DNA of 64,000 nucleotides from assembly GCA_036495905.1 (NCBI GenBank), contig DASXMB010000054.1:529-64528 (forward strand), written 5' to 3'. The position numbers were made by a program, and so were the translations under genes. Under the pieces are notes generated by a model. That model had not been told where the DNA came from. It made no database searches and worked only from the letters and a program-made list of their open reading frames with translations. This stretch comes from Candidatus Acidiferrum sp. GTDB lineage: Bacteria; Acidobacteriota; Terriglobia; Acidiferrales; UBA7541. This document shows, one piece after another, positions 1 to 10,683 of the stretch; within the stretch, counting starts at the first letter, position 1; each line of letters opens with the position of its first letter.

Positions 1-584
1 TTCAGCGGACGAAAACCGCGCGGGTCGCGCACGGCGTAAAGTTCTTCCGGAGTGATCACCAGGAGCGAATAAGCGCCTTCCACTTGATTGAGCGCGTCGC
101 CCAACGCACCGGAAAGGTTGCGCGCGCCGGAACGCGCGATCAGGTGCACGATCACTTCGGTGTCGCTATTGCTTTGGAAAATCGAGCCGCGATGTTCCAG
201 TTTGCGGCGTAAGGCGGCGGCGTTGGTCAGGTTGCCGTTGTGGCCGATGGCGATTTTTCCCTTGTTACAATCGATCATGATCGGCTGCGCGTTGAGCAAG
301 GCTTTTTCGCCGGCGGTGGAATAACGCGTGTGACCGATGGCCGAATTGCCGGGAAGAGTTTTCAGCACGTCCGGCTGAAAAATTTCTTCCACTTTGCCCA
401 TGGCGCGATGCAAATGTAAATCGGAGCCGTCGCTGGAGACGATGCCGGCGGATTCCTGGCCGCGATGCTGCAAAGCGTACAGGCCGAGGTACGCAAGTTT
501 GGAAGCTTCTTCGTGGCCGAAGACGCCGAACACACCACACTCGTCGTGGAAATGATCGTCCGCGAATGCGAATTTTTCGTTCAT
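1..584 (-). CDS. purF: Amidophosphoribosyltransferase PurF, N-terminal part; the gene runs off the left edge of the window
   Basis: Reverse translation from ATG 584-582 gives [53 protein letters not shown]..., a short propeptide followed by the catalytic CGVFG of class-II amidotransferases. The ATG overlaps the purL stop (ATGA at 581-584). The frame is open to the window edge, so it is absent from the ORF track. Confidence 0.9.
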   Translation of the reverse strand, partial: MNEKFAFADDHFHDECGVFGVFGHEEASKLAYLGLYALQHRGQESAGIVSSDGSDLHLHRAMGKVEEIFQPDVLKTLPGNSAIGHTRYSTAGEKALLNAQPIMIDCNKGKIAIGHNGNLTNAAALRRKLEHRGSIFQSNSDTEVIVHLIARSGARNLSGALGDALNQVEGAYSLLVITPEELYAVRDPRGFRPL

Positions 585-2950
585 TGCGCCTTAAGAATAT
601 TTTCCAGCGAATTTGCCCAAGAGTCTCGCAGCGTCTCGACGGGACCGTCGACCACCGCCGCATCCTTATATTCGATGCGGAGTGCGCTTTCGCGGGTAAC
701 CGCGCCGATTTGTCGAGCCGTCACACCACATTGTCTCGCAGTCGCGAGGACGGCGGCAACTTTCGCGGGCGCAACCGACACTAGCGCGCGCGCGCCGCGT
801 TCACCGAAAACGGCTTGCTCGGCGGCAAGCGGCGAATCTTCCAAGGTGACGTTCGCGCCTAGATAGGACGTGCTTTCTTTCTCGCGTGAAATTGAGGCGA
901 AACAGGATTCCGCAAGCGTGACGGCAATTCCGCCGTCGCTCACGTCATGCGCGGAGTGCACCGTGCCGGCGGCGGCCAGCGCAATCAAGCATTCCTGCAA
1001 TCGCTTTTCTGCCGCCAAATCAATCGCTGGCGGATCGCCTGCGACGATGTGCCCGATCGTCTTCGAATATTCGGACGAAGAAAATTCGCGGCCACTAGCG
1101 TCCACTGGAAAACCGACCTGCTCCGAATGCTCCGCAGCTGATTCCAATCCATCCAAAAGAATAATTGCGTCGCCATCGTGCCGGAACGCAATTTTTACTG
1201 TGTTCGCGGCATCTTCAATCACGCCGAGCACTCCGATAACCGGCCTCGGATAAATCGACTTCCCCAAAGTCTCGTTGTAAAAACTCACATTGCCGCCGGT
1301 GATTGGCGTGGCGAGTTCGTTGCACGCCACAGTGAGGCCGTCAATCGCTTCGCTGAACTGCCACATCACTTCCGGTTTTTCTGGGCTGCCAAAATTGAGG
1401 CAATTCGTGGCCGCGATAGGACGCGCTCCGGTGCACGCCACATTTCGGCAAGCTTCCGCGACTGCGTGCATCGCGCCGAGACGTGGATTCAGTTGGCACC
1501 AGCGGCCGTTGCCATCGGTGGCCAGCGCAAGCGCGCGGCTCGTTCCCTTGATGCGCACCACGGCGGCATCCGCGGCTCCCGGAACGGCGAGCGTATTGGT
1601 GCGTACCATGGTGTCGTATTGTTCGGTAATCCAGCGCTTGGACGCGATGGCCGGCGAGGCTAGCAACTTGAGGAAATTTTTCGTCAAGTTCGCGCCGGGC
1701 TTTGCGAACGCAAACCAATCTTCCGCCGTTTCCCGCCGCAGCGCCGGTTGCGCGATAGTGCGTTGATACACCGGACCTTCTTCCGCCAGCGGATGCGCCG
1801 GAATTTCCGCCACCACTTTGCCGTGATCTTTCACGCACAGCAGGCCGCCCTCGGTCACCACGCCGACCACCATCGCGTCGAGCCCCCACTTTTTGAAAAC
1901 GTCCAGCACTTCGCGCTCGCGGCCTTTTTCCGCCACCAACAGCATGCGTTCCTGCGATTCGCTCAGCATGATTTCGTAAGGAGTCATGCCGGTTTCGCGC
2001 TGCGGAACTTTAGCCAGATCGATTTCGATGCCGGTGGCGCCGCGCGAAGCCATCTCCGTCGTCGAGCAGGTCAGCCCCGCCGCGCCCATATCTTGAATGG
2101 CGACCACCGCGCCGGTTTGCATGGCTTCCAAACAAGCTTCCAGCAAAAGTTTTTCGACAAAAGGATCGCCCACCTGCACATTCGGCCGCTTCTGTTTCGA
2201 TTCCTCGGTGAATTCAGCGGAAGCCAGCAGCGATGCGCCGTGAATTCCGTCTCGGCCCGTTTTTGCGCCGACGTAAATGACCGGATTGCCGGTGCCCTTC
2301 GCCTTCGCGAGAAAAATTTCTTCTTTCTTCGCGATGCCCAGCGCCAGCGCGTTCACCAGCGGATTCTGCGAATAGCACGGCTCAAAATTTACTTCGCCGC
2401 CCACGGTGGGCACGCCAAAACAATTTCCGTAGTTCGCCACGCCGCGCACCACGCCATCCAGAATGCGCCGGTTCGCCGCGACGGTTTCTTCGGAGGCGCC
2501 CCCATCCTGCGGCGGAACAAAGCTTTCTTGCGTAATCGGTCCGAACCGCAAAGAATCCAGAACCGCGATCGGCCGTGCGCCCATGGTAAAAATATCGCGC
2601 AGAATTCCGCCGACCCCGGTGGTCGCTCCCTGAAAAGGTTCCACATAACTTGGATGATTGTGCGATTCGATTTTGAACGCGGCAACTAGTCCGTCGCCGA
2701 TGTCCACAACGCCGGCATTCTCGCCAGGCCCCTGCACCACTAATTTCCCGCGCGTCGGCAGCCGTTTCAAATGCACCTTGCTCGATTTATACGAACAGTG
2801 CTCGCTCCACATCACGCTGAAAATTCCCAGCTCGGTGATGTTCGGATCGCGTCCCAGAATCTTTTTGACGCGTGCGAACTCTTAGCCGGTTAAACCGTGC
2901 TCAGCAGCGATCTCAGCAGTCACTTTAATTTCAGTAATCACGGTCGCCAT
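581..2950 (-). CDS. purL: Phosphoribosylformylglycinamidine synthase II (PurL), interrupted by one in-frame TAA at 2882-2884
   Basis: The ORF-track frame 581-2815 (744 aa, ...[22 protein letters not shown]...) is clearly PurL. The same frame continues up to ATG 2950-2948: [50 protein letters not shown]. Sequence on both sides of the stop matches the conserved PurL N-terminus. Confidence 0.85.
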
Positions 2951-3044
2951 TTATCGTCGTCGCCTGATGCTACAAATTTGTTTCGCAGGTTGGTTGTGGT
3001 CGCTACTCCCACAGTCGACTCGCACGCTGAAACCAAGTCGCAAA

Positions 3045-3755
3045 TTACGCGGTCGCTTTCGCAACAGTCGTCAATGCTTCCACCATCGACTGAAAAACCA
3101 CCAGCCCATCGTCCGAATCCAGCGCCGCTTCCACCGCCCGCTCTGGATGCGGCATCAGCCCGACCACGTTCCGTTCGCGATTGCAAATCCCCGCGATGTT
3201 CGCCATCGACCCGTTCGGATTCCCCGCGTCGTCGTCTTTTCCATCCGCCGTCGTGTACCGAAAGATAATTTGCCGGTTATTTTCCAGCTCTGCGAGAGTC
3301 TCCGCATCGCAAGTGTAGTTGCCGTCGTTGTGCGCGATGGGCACTTTCAAAATTTGCCCGGGCTTCGCCGCACCGGTGAACGCGGTATCCGTCTCTTCCA
3401 CGCGAATGTGCACATGCCGGCAAATGTAGCGCAAGCCCACATTGCGCATCATCGCGCCCGGCAGCAGTCCCGCTTCCGTCAAAATTTGGAATCCGTTGCA
3501 GATTCCCAGCACCATGCCGCCGTTTTTCGCAAACTTGCCCACCGACTTCATCACCGGCGAAAATCGCGCGATCGCTCCGGTGCGCAAATAATCGCCAAAC
3601 GCAAATCCGCCCGGAAAAATTACCGCGTCACACTGCGCTAAATCTTCGGATTGATGCCAGATAAATTCGACCGGCTTTTGCAGGACGTGACTAACCGCGT
3701 AAAACGCGTCGTGATCGCAATTGGACCCGGGAAAGACAACGACTCCAAATTTCAT
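3045..3755 (-). CDS. purQ: Phosphoribosylformylglycinamidine synthase I, glutamine amidotransferase subunit PurQ
   Basis: 236-aa [23 protein letters not shown]...[19 protein letters not shown]...GICNGFQIL...MPHPER, the class-I GATase triad pattern typical of PurQ. It lies directly upstream of purL. Confidence 0.9.
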   Translation of the reverse strand: MKFGVVVFPGSNCDHDAFYAVSHVLQKPVEFIWHQSEDLAQCDAVIFPGGFAFGDYLRTGAIARFSPVMKSVGKFAKNGGMVLGICNGFQILTEAGLLPGAMMRNVGLRYICRHVHIRVEETDTAFTGAAKPGQILKVPIAHNDGNYTCDAETLAELENNRQIIFRYTTADGKDDDAGNPNGSMANIAGICNRERNVVGLMPHPERAVEAALDSDDGLVVFQSMVEALTTVAKATA

Positions 3756-3926
3756 GCGCTGGTCGCTCCCTGGAGAATTTGGGGAAGCACCATTTTACCA
3801 CACCACTGCGCTTTGTACTTTTTCTTTGCGGCCCGCGCCGTGGCACATCCATGCGCCAATGTCCCGGTTCCGAAAATTTGATTCGCTCACTCAATTCCGC
3901 GCCGCGAACGAAACCCAGCCCAGCAG

Positions 3927-4868
3927 TTACACAGAACGCCCGGACGGAGCAGCAGGCATCGGGCCATCCGGCGCGGGCGGTTTCGGCGCAACCGCTTGCG
4001 TCGTTCCATCCAGCCCCAGCACATTCACCAGACTCGAATTCGACGGCACAATGTACTTGGTATTTTGCGCCAAAGTATTATTCAAAACTTCCAGCCGCCG
4101 CATGGTTTCCGCGCGTTCCTTAAAATAGGTTTCCGCCGCCGTGGAGACCAGCTTGATCGCCTCCGCTTCCGCATTAGCGCGCGTGACCCGCGCCTGCGCG
4201 TCTCCTTCCGCTTTCAAAATCTCCGACTGCTTTTTGCCCTCGGCCTGCAAAATCTGGCTCTGCTTAATCCCTTCCGCTTCCAGCACCGCGGCGCGCTTTT
4301 CACGTTCCGCTTTCATCTGGCGAGACATCGCATCGGTAATGTCGCGCGGCGGCTCAATCTTCTGCACTTCCACGCGCGTCACCTTCACGCCCCATCCATT
4401 AGTCGCTTCGTCCAGCACTTCACGCAAATTCGTGTTGATCATGTCCCGCGCCACCAAAGTTTCATCCAGCGTCCGGTCGCCAATCAAATTACGCAGATTA
4501 GTCTGCGCCAGCGTAGTGCACGCGTAACCGAAGTCCTGCACTTCGTATTGCGACTTCACCGGATCGATCACCTTGTAATAAACCACCGCGTCTACTTCCA
4601 CCGTCACGTTGTCCTTGGTGATCAATTTTTGTGGCGGCACGGTAATCACCTGCTCGCGCATATCCACGCGCACGATGTCGTCAAAAAACGGCACGATAAA
4701 CGTAAGCCCCGAAGGCGCCATGCCGTGATATTTCCCCATCCGCGTGATCAATCCTTTTTCATACTGCTTCACGGTGCGCGCGCCTTTTGCCAACGCCACC
4801 AAACCCAAAATCAAAAACGCGAATATCGCTACAATCACCAATCCGCTCAAAGTATCCATGGCTTTCAC
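3927..4868 (-). CDS. SPFH/band-7 (stomatin/prohibitin-like) membrane protein
   Basis: 313-aa ORF with an N-terminal TM helix, an SPFH core (VPPQKLITKDNVTVEVDAVVYYKVIDP) and an Ala/Glu/Lys coiled-coil tail. Its start overlaps the stop of the upstream NfeD gene. Confidence 0.85.
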   Translation of the reverse strand: MKAMDTLSGLVIVAIFAFLILGLVALAKGARTVKQYEKGLITRMGKYHGMAPSGLTFIVPFFDDIVRVDMREQVITVPPQKLITKDNVTVEVDAVVYYKVIDPVKSQYEVQDFGYACTTLAQTNLRNLIGDRTLDETLVARDMINTNLREVLDEATNGWGVKVTRVEVQKIEPPRDITDAMSRQMKAEREKRAAVLEAEGIKQSQILQAEGKKQSEILKAEGDAQARVTRANAEAEAIKLVSTAAETYFKERAETMRRLEVLNNTLAQNTKYIVPSNSSLVNVLGLDGTTQAVAPKPPAPDGPMPAAPSGRSV

Positions 4869-5299
4869 CTCACCTTAATCGTTACGCCGTCTACCGCCTG
4901 CACTGTGACTGTTTCGCCCGCGTTTTTCGCCGCATCTCCAGAATCCGCCAACTCCGCCCGCCAAACCTCCGTGCCCACTTTCACCATGCCTGGCTCGCTC
5001 GCCGCGATTCGCTTGGTTACCACTCCGCTTTTGCCCATCAACGCATCCACATTGCTCGGCTGATTCTTCACCGTCAGCTTGATGCGCAACCACCGCCGGA
5101 AAAGCGCCAGGTAAATTAGCGACAGAACCCCTCCAGCGATCAAGCCGATGTGCGCCGACCCGGTGAACAATCCGATCGCCCCGCCCACCGTCAGCGATCC
5201 GCCCACCAGCGCCAGATCAAAACCGGTCAGCGCGCCCAGCGCCAGCTCGATGATGATGCAGACGAACCCCACGATGATCAGCAGCCAATTGACCCACAT
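4865..5299 (-). CDS. NfeD-family membrane protein, partner of the SPFH protein
   Basis: Hydrophobic N-terminal half followed by a C-terminal OB-like domain (GKSGVVTKRIAASEPGMVKVGTEVWRAEL...). The likely start is the ATG at 5299 (MWVNWLLIIVGF), not the longer track ORF that reaches 5371. It overlaps the SPFH gene by 4 bp. Confidence 0.75.
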   Translation of the reverse strand: MWVNWLLIIVGFVCIIIELALGALTGFDLALVGGSLTVGGAIGLFTGSAHIGLIAGGVLSLIYLALFRRWLRIKLTVKNQPSNVDALMGKSGVVTKRIAASEPGMVKVGTEVWRAELADSGDAAKNAGETVTVQAVDGVTIKVR

Positions 5300-5425
5300 G
5301 CCCACGGAGTGCTCCTCGCCGAACCAAGTACGCGCACGATAACACTCGGCGCAGCCGCATACAATCACCAAGCAAGCTGCGAGCGCTTGACCAAAAAGAA
5401 TTGTCGGTTCCTGGAAAGGAGCTTT

Positions 5426-6886
5426 CTATTTTCTGCGGGACTTTTTCGCTTTTCGCGCCTTCACTTTTTTGCGCGTACGTTTCGCCGGCTTTTCAGACGC
5501 CGCCAATTCGCGCCGCTTCTTCGCCGCCCAACCCGGCTTGTTGGCCTGCTTGCCGCGCGCAATCGCCAATCCATCCGCCGGAACATTTTCCGTGATCGTC
5601 GACCCCGCCGCCACATACGCTCCATCGCCGATGCGCACCGGCGCCACCAGCGCCGAATTCGTCCCAATAAAAACTTTATTTCCAATGCTGGTGGGATACT
5701 TGTGAAACCCATCGTAATTGCACGTAATCGTGCCCGCGCCGATGTTCGCCTTAGTCCCAATCTTCGTATCGCCCAAATAACTCAAGTGCATCGCTTTGGT
5801 GCCTTCGCCCAGTGTGGTCTTCTTTAGCTCTACAAAATTTCCGATGCGCGAACCCTTCTTCAAATGATTTCCCGGCCGCAACCGCGCAAACGGTCCGACA
5901 ATCACGCCATCGTCCAGCCGGCTTTGCGCCAAAACGCAATGCGCTTCCACCGTCACGTCGTCGCCCAGCACCGCCTCGCTCAGCACGCTTCCCGCGCGAA
6001 TCACGCACCTCGCGCCAATCCGCGTCCCCGCCAGCAGTTGCACTCCCGGCTCGATCACCGTATCTTCGCCCGCCGTCACGTCCGGATCGATCAGCACCGT
6101 CTCCGGCAACTGGATCGACACGCCCGCTTCCATCAGTTCCCCGCGTTTGCGTTCGCGAAAAATCCGGTCCACTTCCGCCAGGTCCGCCCGCGTATTGCAT
6201 CCCAGAACTTCGCGCGCATCCGCCGCCACGTGCGCCAAAACCAGTTCGCCTTTCGCCGCCAGAATCGCAATCGCATCCGTCAAATAAATCTCGCGATGCT
6301 TATTTTTCGGCCTCACTTGCGCCAAAGCTGGCCACAATTTCTCCAGCGTAAAACAATAAATACTCGAATTGATTTCGTTGACGTCCCGCTGCTCCTCGCT
6401 AAGCTGCGATTCTTCGACAATCGCTCCCACCGCTGTTTCCGACTTCCGCACCACGCGCCCATATCCCGCGGGATCGCTCACCACCGCCGTCAGAATCGTC
6501 GCCGCTGCGCCCGCTGTCCGATGCGTCGCCACCAACCCGCGCAGCGTCTCAGTACGAATCAGCGGAGCATCCCCCGGCATCACCACCACCAATTTCGTCC
6601 CGCCCAGCGCCCGCCTCGCCACTTGCATCGCGTGCCCGGTCCCATGCTGTGGCTGCTGCAATACGGTTTCCGCGCCGCCGTCCGTTTCCACCACCGGTAC
6701 AACCTGCTCCGCTTGATGCCCCACCACCACCACGGTTTTCTTTGCCTTCAGCGGCGCGCAAGCCCGCAACACTTGCTCCACCAGCGCGCGCCCTCCCGCC
6801 CGATGCAACACTTTCGCCAGGCTGGACTTCAGCCGCGTGCCCTTCCCCGCGGCAAGAATCAAAATCGCTAAATCGTTGGCAGACAT
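5426..6886 (-). CDS. glmU: Bifunctional UDP-GlcNAc pyrophosphorylase / GlcN-1-P N-acetyltransferase GlmU, with a Lys/Arg-rich C-terminal tail
   Basis: 486-aa ORF with the N-terminal nucleotidyltransferase motif LILAAGKGTRLKS and left-handed beta-helix hexapeptide repeats in the C-terminal half. It ends with about 37 extra basic residues. Confidence 0.9.
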   Translation of the reverse strand: MSANDLAILILAAGKGTRLKSSLAKVLHRAGGRALVEQVLRACAPLKAKKTVVVVGHQAEQVVPVVETDGGAETVLQQPQHGTGHAMQVARRALGGTKLVVVMPGDAPLIRTETLRGLVATHRTAGAAATILTAVVSDPAGYGRVVRKSETAVGAIVEESQLSEEQRDVNEINSSIYCFTLEKLWPALAQVRPKNKHREIYLTDAIAILAAKGELVLAHVAADAREVLGCNTRADLAEVDRIFRERKRGELMEAGVSIQLPETVLIDPDVTAGEDTVIEPGVQLLAGTRIGARCVIRAGSVLSEAVLGDDVTVEAHCVLAQSRLDDGVIVGPFARLRPGNHLKKGSRIGNFVELKKTTLGEGTKAMHLSYLGDTKIGTKANIGAGTITCNYDGFHKYPTSIGNKVFIGTNSALVAPVRIGDGAYVAAGSTITENVPADGLAIARGKQANKPGWAAKKRRELAASEKPAKRTRKKVKARKAKKSRRK

Positions 6887-6966
6887 AGTTTCAACTCATC
6901 CCCCGGGGATTCCCTGGTTGCAAACTTCCCTTCGCAATGTACTGGTTTTCAGACGGAATCGAAAGT

Positions 6967-7875
6967 TCAATCGGTGGCGGAAACCGGCGTAAGCGTCGCC
7001 AATCGCGGAGCCACCTCGGCATGCGCCGATTCTTCCGTGGTAATCGTCCACAGCGAGGGATCCGCCAGCAACCGGCTCACCAGCTGAGTATGCAGCGCAT
7101 GCCCCGCTTTGTGCGCTTCCACCCGCGCCAGCAGCGGCAGTCCGCACAACGCCAAATCCCCAATCAAATCCAGCGCTTTGTGCCGCCCAAACTCATCCGG
7201 AAATCGCAGCGGCCCGTTCATCACCCCATCCTCGGTCAGCACAATCGCGTTTTCCAGCGATCCACCGCGAATCAGCCCCATCGACCTCAGCGGCGCAATG
7301 TCCCGCTCGAAGCAAAACGTCCGTGCCCGCGCCAAAAGGTGCCGGAACGTTTCCGGGTTCACCGCCATCTCCACTTCCTGCTGCCCCACCAAGGGATGCG
7401 GAAAATCCACATAACAACGCACGCGAAACTCGTCCGCCGGATAAATCCCAATTCTCCGGTCGCCTTCCACCACTTCGAGTGGCTTCAGCACGGAAAGATA
7501 GCGCCTGCGCCGCCGCAGCCGCCGAATCCCCGCATGCTCCAGCATCTGCATGAACGGTTCCGCCGACCCATCCAAAATCGGCAGTTCGATCGCATCAATG
7601 TCGATGTAAATGTTGTCGATTCCGCAGGAATAAATCGCCGCCAGCAAATGTTCCGTGGTGGAAAGCAAGACGCCTTGTTTCATCAAACTCGTCGCATAGC
7701 TGACCCGCGCCACGTTGTGGCCTTGCGCTTCGATCAAAAAATTGTCCAGGTCCACGCGACGAAACACAATGCCGGTATCCGCTGGCGCGGGCTGCAGCCG
7801 AATGTGTCCATAAACGCCAGTGTGCAATCCAACGCCTTCCGCAGACGCTGGCCGGGCGATAGTTGTCTGAAACAT
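6967..7875 (-). CDS. lpxC: UDP-3-O-acyl-N-acetylglucosamine deacetylase LpxC
   Basis: 302-aa ORF MFQTTIARPASAEGVGLHTGVYGHIRLQPAPADTGIVFRRVDL...TTEHLLAA...HKALDLIGDL...EAHKAGHALH, which are LpxC signature blocks. Confidence 0.9.
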   Translation of the reverse strand: MFQTTIARPASAEGVGLHTGVYGHIRLQPAPADTGIVFRRVDLDNFLIEAQGHNVARVSYATSLMKQGVLLSTTEHLLAAIYSCGIDNIYIDIDAIELPILDGSAEPFMQMLEHAGIRRLRRRRRYLSVLKPLEVVEGDRRIGIYPADEFRVRCYVDFPHPLVGQQEVEMAVNPETFRHLLARARTFCFERDIAPLRSMGLIRGGSLENAIVLTEDGVMNGPLRFPDEFGRHKALDLIGDLALCGLPLLARVEAHKAGHALHTQLVSRLLADPSLWTITTEESAHAEVAPRLATLTPVSATD

Positions 7876-8161
7876 GCAGCTCTAATTGTAGCACGCTGTC
7901 ATCACCGGGAAATCAATTTCTCCCTATGTTATCAATAGGTTATGGGTGCTGAGGGCCTTACGCTGCCATTCGGTGTGGCAGAAATGCATCAAATGACTCC
8001 ATTGACTGTGTCTTTCGCGTCGCTTTTCTGCCCTCTACCGCCGACGGTCCAAGCGGGCCTCCAACTTTGCCCTCGTCTCCGAGCTACCTTTCCCTTTCCG
8101 GGCGCGTCCCATATCCTGTCGGTGCTATAATCACAGTTCCATTTCCAAGGGCAGGTGGCGC

Positions 8162-9394
8162 ATGAATCGAGCGGCTCGTTTCGGAGTTTTGGCGGTATCC
8201 ATCGCGATTTTTTGCTACGCCGGAATCGGCCACGTCATGGGCCGCACTCCAGACGACAAAGCCTACAAGTCGCTCACCGTCTACGGCGAAGTCCTGCAAA
8301 AAATTCAGAACGACTATGTCGACGAGCCCAACATGCACCGCGTCACCGCCGGAGCGCTCCACGGCTTGCTCGAATCTCTCGATGCCGAATCCAGCTACCT
8401 CACCCCGCTCGAATACACCGAGTACAAAAAGAAGCTGCAAAACGCTGGAACCGGTGAAACCGGCATGAATCTCAGCAAGCGTTTTGGTTACGTCATCGTC
8501 GCTTCCGTTTTGCCGGATAGCCCAGGAGAAAAAGCGGGCATTCACAGTGGCGATATTCTCGAATCCATTGCCGGATTCACCACTCGCGAAATGTCGGTAG
8601 GGCAAGCGCTAAATCTCCTCGCTGGCCAGGCTGGCACCGGAATTAAAGTCGGCGTAATCCGCCGCGGCAAAGCCGACCCCGACCAGGTCGACGTGGTCCG
8701 CCAAAAGCTCGCTCCTTCCAAGATCATCGTGCAAAAAACCGACCCCGATATCCTGGTCCTGCGCCTGCCTTCGCTCGACGCCGGCCGCGCTGAAGAAGTC
8801 CGCAACAAGCTCGTCGACGCCGACAAGCAAGGCATCCACAAAGTCATCTTCGATCTTCGCGACTGCGGTCGCGGCCCGGTTTCCGAAGCGATCGCTATTG
8901 CCCGTCTAGTTGTGCCCTCCGGCACCATCGCCACCCTGCGTGGACAAACCGTTTCCGCGCAAGTGTCCCAAGCCGATGCCAGCAAAGTGGTGTGGAAGAA
9001 TCCCGTGTCCGTGTTGATCGATAGCACCACATCCGGCGCCGCCGAAGTCCTCGCGTCCGCCATCGCCGCCAATCATCGTGGCGATGTTGTGGGCGAGCGC
9101 ACCTTTGGCCAGGCTTCCGAGCAAAAGCTCATCACTCTCGATGACGGCTCCGCTCTCTTCCTCACCGTGGCTAACTATTACAACGGCAACGGCAAATCCA
9201 TCCTCACCGATGGCGTCGTTCCCACCGAAGTCGTCCGCGCGACGGCAAGTGACGACACCGATGGCGGCGATGATTCGTCGGACAGCGGCACCAAGGTCGA
9301 ACCGTCCGGCCCGCGTCCGCTTTCGCCGGAAGACCCGATTTATCGCCGAGCCGTCGAATTGCTCAAAGCTCTGCCGGTGAAAAAAGCCGCCTAG
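8162..9394 (+). CDS. S41-family C-terminal processing peptidase with a PDZ domain
   Basis: 410-aa ORF with a signal/anchor sequence, a PDZ-like segment (GYVIVASVLPDSPGEKAGIHSGDILESIAG) and an S41 catalytic region (VLIDSTTSGAAEVLASAI). Confidence 0.8.
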   Translation: MNRAARFGVLAVSIAIFCYAGIGHVMGRTPDDKAYKSLTVYGEVLQKIQNDYVDEPNMHRVTAGALHGLLESLDAESSYLTPLEYTEYKKKLQNAGTGETGMNLSKRFGYVIVASVLPDSPGEKAGIHSGDILESIAGFTTREMSVGQALNLLAGQAGTGIKVGVIRRGKADPDQVDVVRQKLAPSKIIVQKTDPDILVLRLPSLDAGRAEEVRNKLVDADKQGIHKVIFDLRDCGRGPVSEAIAIARLVVPSGTIATLRGQTVSAQVSQADASKVVWKNPVSVLIDSTTSGAAEVLASAIAANHRGDVVGERTFGQASEQKLITLDDGSALFLTVANYYNGNGKSILTDGVVPTEVVRATASDDTDGGDDSSDSGTKVEPSGPRPLSPEDPIYRRAVELLKALPVKKAA

Positions 9395-9407
9395 TTTTCA
9401 GCTTGCG

Positions 9408-10427
9408 CTAATTCTCGGTTTGCGCCGCTTGTGCAGCCTCGCTGGCCGCCATCGGATACCACCGGTGGAACACATAAAAAAATAACAGGATCACTGCGAA
9501 ATCAAACACCCCGGCTTCCGGCCCGGCCGTCCCGCCCGTTATCCACGCTGGCCCTGCAACCACCGCACTCGAAAGATGCCCCGGGAAAATCGTTCCGCTA
9601 TCCGGCACGGAGTAAAGAAACGTCTCCCCAAAATCGAAGCTGGCGTGCATGCCCACTGCAAACCACAAACTTTTGGTGCGCTGCAGCGTAAAACACCAGA
9701 ACAATCCGCTAAGCACCACGCTCGCCAGTCCCGGCCAGGTTTCCCCGGGATTCATCGCGTGCCGCAAACCAAAAACCAAAGACAACACAATCGCCGCCGC
9801 CCAAAACCCGATTCCCTGCGCCGCCGTGAACTGCACATAGCCGCGAAACGCAAACTCCTCGTAAAATCCCACCAAAAGCAATACCGCAGCCCAGAACAAC
9901 AGCCATCCCACCAACTCGCGGCCGTGCAGAATCACCGTCCCCAATTTGTACGCCCCGCAAGCGGCCATTGCCGCCACCACCGCGCTGATCTCCACCAAAC
10001 CAAACGCCGCGCCTTGCCAGAATAATTTGCCGAAAGCGCCTTTCCACGGCAGCCCATACTCGCCGAACTGCCGCTTCTCCAGAAACGCCATGATCCGCGC
10101 CGAGCCAAACGCTCCCGCCACCGCCGCAATTTCAGACAATCCCTGTTGCTGTGGCAAACCTAAGGTGGGAAATGGCGGCAGCACCAATCGCGCCAGCAAA
10201 ATAACCGCATAACCAAGCACATCCGCAAATACCAAATAGATGCAAACCCGCACAAAAATAAACGGCAACCCCGGATTACGAAAAAATCCCGGCCCCCCCG
10301 CGGAAGGAACCGACACACCTTCCGGCCCCGCCGCCGAAACACTCTGGCTCTCTGTCGGCGACATATTCTGGGGCTCCGCCGCCGAAATCAATCCCGCCTT
10401 CGTTTCTTCCGCCTGCTTATCTGCCAA
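9408..10427 (-). CDS. CPBP-family intramembrane glutamic endopeptidase (CAAX protease-like)
   Basis: Polytopic membrane ORF carrying the CPBP motifs EEFAFRGY, FGLRHAMN and HASFD. The exact start is uncertain. Confidence 0.8.
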   Translation of the reverse strand: MADKQAEETKAGLISAAEPQNMSPTESQSVSAAGPEGVSVPSAGGPGFFRNPGLPFIFVRVCIYLVFADVLGYAVILLARLVLPPFPTLGLPQQQGLSEIAAVAGAFGSARIMAFLEKRQFGEYGLPWKGAFGKLFWQGAAFGLVEISAVVAAMAACGAYKLGTVILHGRELVGWLLFWAAVLLLVGFYEEFAFRGYVQFTAAQGIGFWAAAIVLSLVFGLRHAMNPGETWPGLASVVLSGLFWCFTLQRTKSLWFAVGMHASFDFGETFLYSVPDSGTIFPGHLSSAVVAGPAWITGGTAGPEAGVFDFAVILLFFYVFHRWYPMAASEAAQAAQTEN

Positions 10428-10581
10428 TCAACTCTCTCCCAATCCCCACAAAGCCAGCACACTTCTGCAAAAACTAGACCCCACAAAAAACGCCATGTCA
10501 CGAAGAACGTCAGGCCATGTAGCCGAAATGCTGTTACGACTGCGGCCCCGCCATGATTACGTTTCCGCCTACAGCCAAAAA

Positions 10582-10647
10582 CTTGTCATTCCGGGGATTG
10601 CCTGCGTCGTTGGCAGGCAATCCCCGGAGTCTGCTGTCTTAAAGCCC
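10582..10647. repeat. Palindromic REP-like element, solo copy of the tail unit also found at 58110-58180 and 59252-59322
   Basis: CTTGTCATTCCGGGGATTGCCTGC-gtcgt-TGGCAGGCAATCCCCGGAGTCTGCTGTCTTAAAGCCC. It contains the same inverted repeat (GGATTGCCTGC / GCAGGCAATCC) and the same flanks as the two other copies. Confidence 0.7.
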
Positions 10648-10683
10648 ATGCAAAAACGTTCATCCCCGCGCGGATCAGTGTAA

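Noticed and set aside
3927-5299. The NfeD-SPFH gene pair, considered as a possible novel membrane system.
   Set aside because: It is a widely distributed, well-described operon pair, and nothing unusual is seen beyond the 4-bp overlap.
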